DNA of 63,986 nucleotides, filler included, from Reticulomyxa filosa (lineage: Eukaryota > Protista > Foraminifera), in assembly GCA_000512085.1 (NCBI GenBank). It is 17 parts of 17 records of this genome, joined end to end, with 100 filler letters (N's around TTAATTAATTAA, not from the genome) between each part and the next. Parts side by side here need not be neighbours in the genome. Positions count along the whole stretch, not along the records: positions 12,263 to 13,603 come from ASPP01026388.1; positions 13,704 to 38,926 come from ASPP01010646.1; 15 more parts are not named here. One strand, 5' to 3'. This document shows, one piece after another, positions 12,605-24,432 of the stretch. Every line of letters begins with the position of its first letter. Position 1 is the stretch's first letter. Made by a program: the position numbers and the translations under genes. The notes under the pieces were generated by a model. It saw nothing but the letters and a program-made list of their open reading frames with translations. It was not told the origin of the DNA and did not search any database.

Positions 12605-13603
12605 ATGTTTCGATGCCATTCCTCTCCAGAACATCGTTCGCATCAGTCAAACGTAGTTTCTTCTCGTGTTTCCCGCTTAGTAAGTACAGGACATGCAGCG
12701 CTAATGCTAAAAAACGCGAAGATAATAGAGAGCACAGGGGATCCCAGTTCAGGGGCCCCTTTAAAAACAACCGGTATTTTTTTTGTTTGAAGACGAGAAG
12801 ACAGAACAACAAACAAAAAAAAAAAAAAAAAATTGGGATGGGCATAACAGATATGCGTGAGGGATTCAAAAAGATAGAAGATTATTTAATGCACAAGCGA
12901 ATACTGAAAGAAATGAGTTCAGGAGCAATAGTGGAAGGGAGTTTGATAAACCGAATGGAGGACGGAATTGTAATACGATTGTATAGTGTGTACGACTATC
13001 CGGACACATTACGCCTGAAATATACGCACATCGACCGTCTAAAAATCGACGCGATCGGCCTGTACAGTGAATTGATGGAGAGCGAATATGAGCAAGAGAA
13101 CAGCCACCACATATCGGCAGTCAAGCAACAATGCGAGCAATTCGAACTGGGTTCCAAGGTCAAAGGTATGGTGCTCAAAGTCGACTATCATACGGGCGAG
13201 CTGTTCATCACGTGTCATGCCAAAAAAACCCTTATTCATCCCTTTCATCAACTAGTTTTCTTTTTTTTTTTTACAAAAAAAAAAAAAAGGAGTGTTTTTG
13301 AAAGTTCAGTTCAAGTTACAAAAAAAAAAAAAAGGGTTTTTCGTCGGGTCAGCCAGACGAAAAAAAAAATGAAGACGGACAATGACGAGGATGAAGATGA
13401 GAATGACGACAACGATCACGACAAGGGGAACGAGCATGAGAACGACCACGACAATGGCCACGACAATGACAACGAGAGTTACGTGAATGACAATGGCAAC
13501 AATGACGACAATGACGGCAGCGGCGACGAGGATAACCGAAGCGACGATATTTTGCTGAATAGTTTACCCTTCACGTATGAGCCGTTATACACATCCACGA
13601 ACG
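12605..13603 (+). CDS. S1/OB-fold domain protein, TTC14-like N-terminus (3' partial)
   Basis: GAIVEGSLINRMEDGIVIRL...IDRLKIDAIG...FELGSKVKGMVLKVDYHTGELFIT fits an S1 domain with a TTC14-like insert; an acidic low-complexity region follows. Confidence 0.55.
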
Positions 13604-13756
13604 NNNNNNNNNNNNNNNNNNNNNNNNNNNNNNNNNNNNNNNNNNNNTTAATTAATTAANNNNNNNNNNNNNNNNNNNNNNNNNNNNNNNNNNNNNNNNN
13701 NNNTTTTTTTTTTTTTTTTTTATTCGATGATGGAGTCGTTCCCAAACACGTTTTTT

Positions 13757-14329
13757 TCAAAAAAAAAAACAAAACCTGTTCATAATTTCGTACAGTGCAC
13801 AATCATACGATTGATCACTGATCGTTTCTTTGAATAAACCAAATGGCATGCACCCTTTCCAAAACCTTTTTTGAAAATCTTCAATCTTCTTAGCGTCGAA
13901 GTCGTTGGCTTCTGCTTTTGAATTCATGTCTCTGCTTTTGTGCAAGCACTCTTTGCACCCTCTCCTTGGGCACGAGCCATATTTTTCCTCAGTGTTTTGT
14001 GGAGCTAATTGTAACAACGTTGTTTCGGTTTTCTGCTTCTCCTGTTGAGAAGCTGCTCGCCCTTGCTGAAAGATTTGTGAAAAGGTAACTTCATTCTCAA
14101 TATTTTTAAAAAAGATACATTTTTTGAAAAACTCCCGTGTGGACGTCCAACCTGCGGCTGTACTTCAATTGCCTTGTTTGTAACCGGACCACTTGTGCTT
14201 TTATTTTTTTTTTTCCTTTTTTCTCATTTGCTATTTTCATCTTTGTACCAGTGCAAAGGAAACAATAGAAAAAGACCATCTCTAAGAGACAACACAAAAT
14301 TTAAGTCAACACATTTTGAGCGCGACATG
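13757..14329 (-). CDS. Hypothetical protein, spliced, 3' partial
   Basis: Coding-like exons (ORF 13757-14017 and upstream pieces) separated by poly-T/A introns; no recognisable domain. Confidence 0.35.
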
Positions 14330-14606
14330 ACGCAACCACTTCAATTTAAACTCCAATGTTAATATTTAGAATCTTAAGGGAACAAACGTGAAAATAAGAA
14401 CAATTTGCTTTGAAGAAAATGTTTGATTGCTTAATTTCAGCAAACAAGTGCAAATGCTTATAAAGATTTTTTTTCAACTAATAAAACAAAAAAATACAAA
14501 GTTCTATATCAAACTGACTTGTGAGTTAAACTAAAGAAGTTTTTTAAAAAATTGTAAAACCCCAAATTGTTATTAACAACCATCTTACTACACAAACGCT
14601 ATTCTG

Positions 14607-16742
14607 ATGTCCATTTTTGAAAACCTTGACAATGAATCTGAAATGAAAACATCAATTTTGAGACTGGATACTCAAAAAATAGTGGACACAATAACAAGGT
14701 CCTGGGACGAAACTGTACTCGAAACGTTTCGTTACACAATAAATTGTACTCTTCTTGTCACACACTTTTATTTTTGCACTAAAAAAGGTTGAAAGCGTAT
14801 ATTCGGATTGAAAATCAATCACCGAGTTTTGATGAAAAAATCTACGAAAATGGAATGCAAGAGAAGGCATTAAATTTATTGACAAATTGGGTGAAAAAGC
14901 AGTCAATAAAAGGACTGAACATGCAAATTTTGAAAGAAAAGAACATGACTCCGTTTATTTTTATTGAAGTTGAAGCATTCAACACGAAATGTAATGAGTT
15001 GAGTTTGTCTTGAGAATCGGAGTGTGTAAAAAAAAAAAGAGGGACAGAGAATTACATAACATTAACACGTACATATACACATACAAATGGTAACAAAGGA
15101 CGGTGCTAATATATGGTCACTTTGACAAACAACCAGTTAAGCAAAAGGGACTCCAAATCATCCCCTCCGGAAAAGAATGACAAAAAAAAAATTTGATGAA
15201 TAGCCATTAACGCAGCAGTGGGATAGCGAATTAGGACCGTATAAACCTGTGATTAAAGATGGAAAAGTTGAATTGTGTGAATTGCCTCTTTCTTATTGTT
15301 GCAGAGTGAACAAAAAAAAAAAAAGCACAAAATGAATGAATAGTTGTACGGACGAGGTGGTGCAGATGATGGTTATAGTATCTTCGCCGCAATCGATAGT
15401 ATTCGTGCGTTACAAGTGCAAAACGCATCCCATCCCAGATGTGTAATAACTATCGAAGGAAGCGAAGAGTCGGGCAGTCCACATTTGAACCACTATTTGG
15501 ACCAGTTGAAAGATCGCATTGGCACACCATCGTTGAGGATTACCTTTTTTTTTTTTTTTTTTTTTGCGTTTGCATTTCTAGGCACGCCATAACATCTCTT
15601 TCTGTTTCGATTGAGGGGGTGATACAGCTTGGTTATATGTTTGGACTCTGGTGCTGGAAATTATGAGCAGCTGTGGCTCACTACTTCGGTTTGAAACTGT
15701 CTCTGTTTTGTTTGACCTTGTCGCGAGTTAAGCGACACTCAATTCAAAAAAAAAAAAAAAGAGTGGATCGTATTTTTTTTTTTTTTTTTTTTAGAGTGCG
15801 TCCACAGAAAAATGCTAAAAAAAAAAATGTGCACTTTTAGCTACGTGGAGTGATGTCCGGAAAATTGCGAGTGCAATTGTTGAAAGAAGGTATTCACAGT
15901 GGCGAAAGTGGTAAAGTACGAGATTCGTTTCATGTAATGCGAAGCTTGCTGGACAGATTCGATGAGGACACTGGCGAGTGCAAAGTGAAAGAGTTAATGA
16001 GTAAAATCCCCTCCAACCATGTAAAATACGCGCAAGAGATGGGCAAGGTCGTAGGAAAGGACGTATGGACGACACTGCCACTCTATGAACATGCACAGTG
16101 CCAATTGCCAATGACTTTGGAAAATGTGCATGAAATACTGTTAAACAGTACGTGGAGGCCGCAATTGTGTATTGTCGGCTGTGACGGACTTCCTGATTTG
16201 AAAGGAGGGAATGTGCTGCGCCAATTCACCACGCTAAAATTATCGGTCCGCTTGCCTCCAGATATCGATCCTGAACATGCGTTTTATACTTTAAAGCGTT
16301 TGTTTGAGTCCGATCCTCCTTTCAATGCTAAAGTGGAGTTCACCAAAGGTATACACACATCTTTTGTTTCATTTATATGTACGTAACTCTGTTGTGACTT
16401 GAAAAGAGTTTATTGTTACGTTTCTTTTTTTGTTCCTTACATTGGACAGGATCATGGGGAAATGGATTTGTCTGTCCCGATTTCGATCCGTGGCTCATGA
16501 CGGCATTGCAAAATGCCTCCAAACTTTTTTTTCATAAACCTGCTCTAATGATGGGCGAGGGTGGCACGATCCCCCTAATGGGCCAATTGCAAGCAAAGTA
16601 TCCTAAAGCACAGTTTGTTGTGACTGGAGTGTTGGGCCCAAACAGCAATGCGCATGGTCCAAACGAGTTTTTACACATTGATTTTTGCAAAAAGATTATT
16701 TGTTGTATTAGTTATGTCTTAAATGCCGCTGCGACACATTGA
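14607..16742 (+). CDS. M20/M25/M40 family metallopeptidase (DapE/ArgE-like dipeptidase), multi-exon
   Basis: Motifs YGHFDKQP, LYGRGGADDGY, IEGSEESGS, CLDSG, HSGESGKV, GEGGTIP and NAHGPNEFL across exons. Confidence 0.92.
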
Positions 16743-17161
16743 TTTGTTTTTGATTGCAATGCTTTTACCAATTTGATTTAAACTGATGCCTTCTTTCAAG
16801 TGCGAATATATGTTATATTATTAGACTTTATCACTGTAATACAAAATTTTTCTAAAATTTTCATCAGTTTTCAATAATACATTGGGATTGAATTGCTCTA
16901 CTTTTAAATGTATTAATAATATTGGCAGAGTTTCAATAATGCTCTGTTATGTGTCACATTTCCTGAGAGTAATTAAAAGTGAATTGAATTAATTGTTCTA
17001 TTTACATTGTTTATACCTTGGCCTTGCAGAATGTTTAGTTCATTTTTTAAACTGATAAGCACCCACGCTAACATTCCTTGCCATAGCATGTTGCAAAAAA
17101 CTGAAGATGATGCTATTCATTAATCAACCATTTCATTTCATTAGTACATTCCAAACAATAA

Positions 17162-17468
17162 GATGTGGCGTAGCTTAATATGTAAAGCCCGCCGAACTTA
17201 CAGTGACTTGATCACATTATGGCTAAAGCCATCTTTGGAGCGTTCTTCAGAACCTGGAAGTGGTGCAAATTCAAGGGTTAATAAGTTGACAGTGTGTTGG
17301 TGTGCATCTTATGTATACTAAGTCGCATGGTCATATACATTCTTGCCTACGCACTAACACACGATCGTTTATATTGCTGTTGGCAATATTGACAATGTAA
17401 GCGGTCGTGCAATATGAAACTCCATATAATTTAGCGGGGATTTGTGTTCGATTCACAAAATCGACATT
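17162..17468 (+). ncRNA. tRNA-like structured element with ~240-nt insert, copy 1
   Basis: A box TAGCTTAATATG at 17171, D stem GCTT/AAGC, T arm TTTGTG-TTCGATT-CACAAA at 17441-17459, A-rich tail; colinear with copies 2 and 3. Confidence 0.7.
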
Positions 17469-18803
17469 AAAAAATAAATTGTTTTTAAAAAAAACATTAC
17501 ATAAATTTGGACATACTTTATAGTATGATGATTTGTATTATATATTCTAGATTAAACATTTACTATTGTTCGATCGCAATAAGTATAATTTGGACAATTG
17601 TCAATAAAGGATATACTCTGTGCAAAATTCACGTTAAAATTGTCGTTATCATTTTTTTATTTCAACATTTTACAAAAAAATAAAATGGAAATGACAAAAG
17701 AAATGTTCTATATGATGAACAACGATCAAAGAGATCCAAAAGTGGGTGAAAACCTGATTATTAATCAATTTTAATGAGTCCTTTGACTTTGCAATTATTG
17801 TTTTGAAAGGTAATGCGATGAAATGATTGATTAATGAATAACATGACCTTCAGAGTCTCAATGACATATCACAAAAACGATGGAAAAGAAAATAAATCAA
17901 TTACTCAAACATTTTGAAAAAATGAACGTAGTTGAACATGTACAACAGTTAAATGCTGTCTCAAGATAAAAAAGATTTTTTCCACTCAAGTTATCAACTT
18001 TGAATGGTCACGTCATTTTATGATCATCAAACAAAAGAGAAGTTAAAAAAACCGTAAGTTTACTTTTTTTTGACGGAGCATTAAACATATTTTTTTTTTT
18101 TATACTATGTTAAATTAAAAAAGATTCAAAATTACAATTGAAAAAACTTTTTTGGATTTTTGTGTTATCATTTTTGCCAATTAATATTCTTTAAAAATGT
18201 TGAATATTGTATAAAAACAGATAAATAGTAAATAATAAGAACATATCATATCTCTACGAACATGGACTATTTCTTCAATCAAGTCTACATCACAAAGATG
18301 AAAAAGAGAACCGAATATCTACACAACAGAATTACAAACTGATTTTAAGTCTTGATAAATTAAGAATGCAATATTACGGACACAATTTGCAATGCACAAT
18401 GAAATGAAAAGATTGATGAAATGATGGAGAAAAAAAAGAATAATATTGTGACAATAAGTCACAGTTGGAAGTAAAGTTTTGTGATATGTCTTGTGAATAG
18501 TACCACTTTTAAAAACAACAAACCAAACGAAAATTACATAGAAAAGAGAAAGTGGAATAATAAATGCTGCATCTCAGCCAAAGCAGCAAGCAAATATTAA
18601 ACGAAGATTATTTCTAACGCTAATCAGGCAGTTTATTCTAATATCGACAATTGCACAAATTATACTTATTGCGTTCAAACTAATGGTGAATGATCACAGC
18701 ATAGTCTGCATAATATTTCTACAATATGAACAAACTATCACAACAAAGTATGTCAATGTCTTTAATTTTTTTTATAAAGTTAATAACAAATTTTTTTTAT
18801 TAA

Positions 18804-19103
18804 TGGCATTGGTTGGACTCGAACCAACATCTCCGCTACATTATATGGAGCTGTCGTATTGCACTACCTCACACATTGCTGATATTACTATCAACAATAT
18901 AAACGATCTTGTGACAGTGCATATGCAAAAATACATATTGCCATGTGACTTTACACATATTTACACAATAATCACCCCAATACTGGTCAGCATATCAACC
19001 CTTTTGAGGTCGCATCATCTCCAGAAATTACGAAGACTGATCGCCATAATCCGATCAAGTCACTATAAATTCAGCTTTATTTACTCATTAAGCTACGGCC
19101 GCC
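18804..19103 (-). ncRNA. tRNA-like structured element with large insert, copy 2
   Basis: Reverse complement reads GGCGGCCGTAGCTTAATGAG...TGTTGATA-GTAA-TATCAGCA...GTTGG-TTCGAGT-CCAAC-CAATGCCA followed by an A-rich tail. Confidence 0.7.
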
Positions 19104-20544
19104 TCATTGTTAATATTTAATTTATTTTTTCCACTTATCACTTTCACTTTGCCAATAAGTCATTTTATTGACAACAATGAACATCTTTAAATAATTTTTT
19201 ATATAAAAACATAAATAAAATCCGACTCCGCAAAAGAATGTTTTCTGAATTAAAAAATTGCGAGAACAAAACTTGATTGACATCTGGCAGCGAACAATCG
19301 AAAGGTGCATAATCTGTATTAAATCAAAAATATCACCATTTTATAGATCTTGTTCACATAACAATAACACCTTTTGACTTGTTGTTCTTCGGTCCAAGTC
19401 CGAACGTAACAAAGTCATAAAGATTAAACAAAGAAATAAATTTAACTTTTACTTTCTTTATTGTTGAATATCAATAAAGAAAGTGATTTGCAAAAACAAA
19501 CTGAAACAAACGAAGTAGCAAACGACAACGTCAACAAAAAAAAAGCAATTCAGACATTACTCATAACTTATAAATTTTATTTTGTTTCTTTTGTGTTTTT
19601 TCGAATTACAGATTCCGCATTTGGTCTCAGCTAATCTCTTTCAGTGAAAAAAATTGTATTACACTATTTAGAAATTATTGAATAAAACTTAATTGAACTT
19701 GCAAAAAAACTATTGAAAAAAACATTTATAAAAATTACAACAATAATGATTATTTGTTTGAATGTCATACTCTTTTTAATTGGTGATAACATTATGAAAA
19801 TGTGACTTTGCATCATATATAAATTTGATGGTCGTATTTCCTATTTGTTTGTAGTATTTTTCCATTAAATTAATTGTTGCCATTCAACATTTAAGTAGGT
19901 ATTACAAAAAAATGAACAATTGTGCAAGTCTTAAAATTTTTCTAATTTTGGTTTTTCCTACAGCTTGGTTACTTATTTTTTTTGTTTGTTGATTCCTGTT
20001 GTGAAAGATTGACCTACTAAAGACTTGCACAAAGCATAATAAGAAAAGAAGGACTATATTTCTCTGAGTTTCGTTGTTGCAAGAGCGATTTGTACTGTAC
20101 TGTTGATTTTGCTTGTTTCATGGAAAAAAAACACATCCTCTCTTTTTAGATAGATAGTACTGTTTAATGCCAAGGCTCAAGTGAACATGAAATCCTTGTC
20201 GTTTACTTATTGAACGATCGCTCAGAGAGCAATACCTTTCGATTACATATTTTTACTTGAATAAATCATATCAGTTATAATAAAAATTTGGTGTATGTAT
20301 TGTATTTATTATTTTGGCTGCAATTAAGTAATTAACTAAAAGTTTATAACGTTTTAGCCCGCGGACAATAGATTATAAATCTTGAAAATAGCAGGAAAGG
20401 CAGAACGATGAAGGATAAAAAAAAATATTTTAAAATACCATTGTATATATTAAACAATATAAAGTTAATATTTTATTACATGAACAATTTCAATTTTGTT
20501 TTTTGAACTTGGTCAACATATTAAAAAAAAGGTAAAGCATTCTC

Positions 20545-22176
20545 ATGATGGCTGAGCCAGAAGAAAAAACGAGCAGTGATTTGGAAGAAAAAAAGGAAGT
20601 TGTGGTAGAAGAAAGTGGTACTAGTGTTCATGTGACAAAAGTTCCTCTCTTTACAGTGGCTTTGGACGCAGATCCCTCCGTTCGTTGGAAGGAGATAATC
20701 ACAGCATACAAAGTTAACAAAATAATGGCTGAACAATGCAACACACACCAAATCCAAATAAACTCATATGAATATATTCAACATATACAGAAAGATTTTG
20801 AAAGAGTGAGGAAAGTGATAAATCAATTTGTGGAAAATGAAGGTGGCAAAACGGGTGAAATATTGAAGTCAATAATAACAGGGACGTTGAAGCAATTCAA
20901 ATGGATGGTATATTATAAAGAAGATTTAGAGGCTATTTCAGCGCTATCTGGCATGCCAATTGGTAAAATTTCTTTTCTTCATATATGTACATATATATAT
21001 AAACAACAAACAAGATTTTTTTAAAAAAATGAAAGGTGAATTAATAATGATGCAATTGATATACGAAGCAACGGCATTATGCACAAGCATAGTAACAATT
21101 GATCGAAAGAATGAAAGCAAGCCAATCCATATCCGAACGATGGATTGGGAAATGGAGTTTTTGCAACCTTTAACGATTGAAATTCAGTTCACGCTCCAAA
21201 ATCAAGTGATCTGTCATTGCACAACTTGGGCAGGATATGTCGGTATTTTGACGGGACTCTATTTTAATCACTCCGAGTCTTCCAAATCCTTTGAATGTGT
21301 CAGCGTTAGTGTGAATTTTCGTGTGACAGGAACAGGCTATTGGACGAACCTTAAAAAAACTTTAAGTGGTAGTTGGCCCATTGGATTCAAACTAAGAGAT
21401 TTGTTGACCACGCCACATCAATCATTTGACTCCGTTGTTTCTTCCCTGAAAACGGCAGAGTTTATTGCGCCAGTTTACTTTACTATTGCTGGAAGTCGTC
21501 TCGGTCAGGCTATCATTATTACTCGTGATCGCACCGAACATGAACAACCTTATTCCTTCACTGATGAAACACCTTTTATTGTTCAAACTAATATTGGTTT
21601 GCAAATATTTATATACATTGCTTATTTATTAATTTTATATAATTTTTGTTTGTATGAATTAAAAAAGATCATTGGTCCAATAAACAAGAAGATGATATCA
21701 TGTGGTCGATCAGTCGAAGACGTAATGTGAAGAAACAATTGCTCCAATTACTGGAACAAAACAAATTGGGTGTAAATAGTGATGAATTGTGGGATTTAAT
21801 AAGTATGCCTCCAATCTTTAATGATATTACTGTTTATGGCACTTTGATGATTCCATCTTTGGGATACCTTGAAACCAGAATACCTCATCCTCAACTAGGA
21901 TTCAAACCCGTCTCTCAAAAATTCGCACAAGACTCTGAAAAGCTAATTTGGAAAACCTGCACAAAGTGCAATACTCGAGTTCATGTTTCATTAAATGTGA
22001 AAGGTGAATGTGTTCATTCAGGTGAATGGCATGACGACTATGACAAATGCAGTACTGTTAAATGCGGTTGGAATTTAGGACTTTCAAAAATTGGAAAATG
22101 CCATTGGTCTTGTTGCTTTAATACCAATTTCGATTCTTTTTGTGTCAAGAGTGACTTTCATATTGTTTCTGATTGA
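20545..22176 (+). CDS. Acid ceramidase/NAAA-like Ntn hydrolase with a C-terminal Cys/His-rich domain, multi-exon
   Basis: LDADPSVRW, nucleophile CTSIV, HIRTMDW, TWAGYVGILTG, APVYFTIAG, ITRDR and VQTN motifs; C-terminal CTKC...CVHSGEW...WSCC. Confidence 0.88.
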
Positions 22177-22380
22177 GACATATATTTTTTTCTTTTGCTT
22201 ATTTTCATTGAATATAACTTCATCATTTCTGGAAACAAAACAGTTATGACTTCTCTTGAAAAATTCAGAACAAAGTGTAATAAAAAGGCATTTCAGAAAG
22301 TAATTTGAAACATTGCTAGTATAAATACTTTTTATTTTTTGTTCGTTTAATTTAAAAAAATATTCCATAAAATTTAAGGA

Positions 22381-23145
22381 TTAAATTTGTGAAAAAAAAG
22401 GTTGTGATGTAGGTAAGTCTGGAATGTCCAAACCCCAAAATCCTTCAGGAGTATTTTCTTTTTTGAAAGTGCTTCGATGACGTGAAACATGATTATGCAA
22501 CGAAGTATTCCCATTGACTGCACCAATGCCATTGTAAAATTGTTGGCATTCATAACATGCATGTCCAGGCAATTTTTGTTTTTCTTTACCACGAGTTCCG
22601 GTTTCATAATATCTGGTTTGTGGTTTCTGTGATTGTAAAGGAAAAGAGTCGTCATGACATTGTTGATGTTTGTTGATTGGTTGAGAATTGAGGTTGATCT
22701 TTTCATAAGAGATCCTAGTTATTGATTGACTTGAATTAGAACTGGGTTTTTTTTGTATCAATTCAATAGATGAATCACTATCTTTGCAATGACCATCATA
22801 CATGTCATTATTGTTTATGATTGCATTCATCTTTGTATGTAATTCAATTCTATTATCTTTTAGATTTTGCTGAGATAACAATTCTTGAAACTTTTGAAGT
22901 AATTGCTCATATTCTTTTTGTAATGCCTCATGTGATCTTGTTACACATTTCAATTTATCTTTCAATTTTTGCTCTTTTCTTTGGTAATGTTCCTTCATTT
23001 TATTAAGTTCTATTTCGTATAAACATTGTTGGGGCGTGTCTTCATGATTGGTTGATACTTGTGCTGTGTTCCCGGAATATCTTGATTTTCGGCGTTGTAG
23101 TGACCGTGATGAAAATAATAGTGGTGAGAGTTGTTGTTGTTGCAT
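22381..23145 (-). CDS. COM1: CtIP/Sae2/COM1 DNA end-resection protein
   Basis: N-terminal coiled coil plus the C-terminal signature LPGHACYECQQFY...VSRHRS...NTPEGFW. Confidence 0.85.
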   Translation of the reverse strand: MQQQQLSPLLFSSRSLQRRKSRYSGNTAQVSTNHEDTPQQCLYEIELNKMKEHYQRKEQKLKDKLKCVTRSHEALQKEYEQLLQKFQELLSQQNLKDNRIELHTKMNAIINNNDMYDGHCKDSDSSIELIQKKPSSNSSQSITRISYEKINLNSQPINKHQQCHDDSFPLQSQKPQTRYYETGTRGKEKQKLPGHACYECQQFYNGIGAVNGNTSLHNHVSRHRSTFKKENTPEGFWGLDIPDLPTSQPFFSQI

Positions 23146-23279
23146 TTTGTTATTTTTGTTTTTAACTAAAGTTGGTTGTGATTGTCGTAAGTTATAGCAA
23201 GTTTTTTTTTCTGTTTCTGAGAGACTCCTTTTTGTCTTACTGTTTTCCGTTTTAAAGAGCAACAATTTTTTTTTAATTT

Positions 23280-23520
23280 AAAACAGAATCTGAAGTTATT
23301 CAAAGAACTAATCATACTAAATTTGGTTTTGCTGCTGGTATTTTAACACAAGATCCACAAAAAGCAATTAGAATTGCTCAATCTTGGTTTTAAACAATCT
23401 GGAATTGGTCGTAAATGGGGTAAAGAAGGGCTTATTTGTTATACTCAAACTAAATCTATTTTTACAAATAATCATATTATTCCAATTTCTTATCTACCTC
23501 ATTTATGGTATATATAATCT
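23280..23520 (+). pseudogene. Aldehyde dehydrogenase C-terminal fragment (truncated, internally deleted)
   Basis: [33 protein letters not shown] joined directly to [24 protein letters not shown]. The intervening ALDH segment and the whole N-terminus are absent. Confidence 0.75.
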
Positions 23521-24432
23521 TAATTGTCCTTTTTATTCAATTGTTTTTGTTTTATATTTTTAATTTTGTGACATTTATACTTTTCACGAACATTTTATTT
23601 CTTCTAAGATAATAAATTCGTAAATCCAAATCAAAGATTGCAGCATCATTTATATTTGTAATTTTGTCTCAATTTTTTATATCAAAAAATCTCAACTTTA
23701 CAACTTTTCCTTTTGTCATGCAAGTCAATAATTTTGATTAAACTCTGAGTCATTCCTTTTTTTGTTCATAAAACGATTTATTCATACACATTTATTATTA
23801 AATTACAATACATTCAAAAGTGATAACTTGAATAGAAATATACTTTTTTATTCTTGAGATGGCGCTAAATTGTTGATACGAGTTTCTTTCAACAATTTTG
23901 CAAGTTCAATTAAGCTTTATAATAATTTCTAGATAATGTAATAAAATTTTTTTGCTGAAAGAGATTACAGAGTATTTCGATTCAAAAAACTACAAAAGAA
24001 ACAAAATTCGTAAGTTATGAGTAAAGTTCTGAGTAAAGTTCTGAGTGCCCTTTTTTGTTGTTGTCGTTGTCGTTTGTATCTTCTGTTGTGTTTTTTAAAC
24101 TGCTTTCTTTATTTATTCTACAGTAAAGAAAGTCAAAGTTAAGTTTGTTTTATTTGTTTAATCTTTTTGACTTTGTTACTTCGGACTTATGCCGAAGAAC
24201 AGGTGAAAAAAATTTTATTGTTCTATGAACAACATTTTAAAAAAATTCCATTTGATTTGATTAATATATTCTGGACCATTACATTGTTGCTACCCATACT
24301 GAACAAAGTTTTGTTCTTGGAATTTTTTATTTCTCCGAAAAAATACTCGGAGTCGGACTATTTTAATATTTTTGTTATTTAAATGTTTTTTATCTTATTG
24401 GGAGAAAAATACATCAAGTCTTAACAATTAGT

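Noticed and set aside
18683-19120. 145-aa plus-strand ORF
   Set aside because: Antisense to tRNA-like copy 2 and not conserved as an ORF in copies 1 and 3.
24019-24046. Short 12-bp tandem duplication GAGTAAAGTTCT
   Set aside because: Only ~2.3 units; ordinary slippage.
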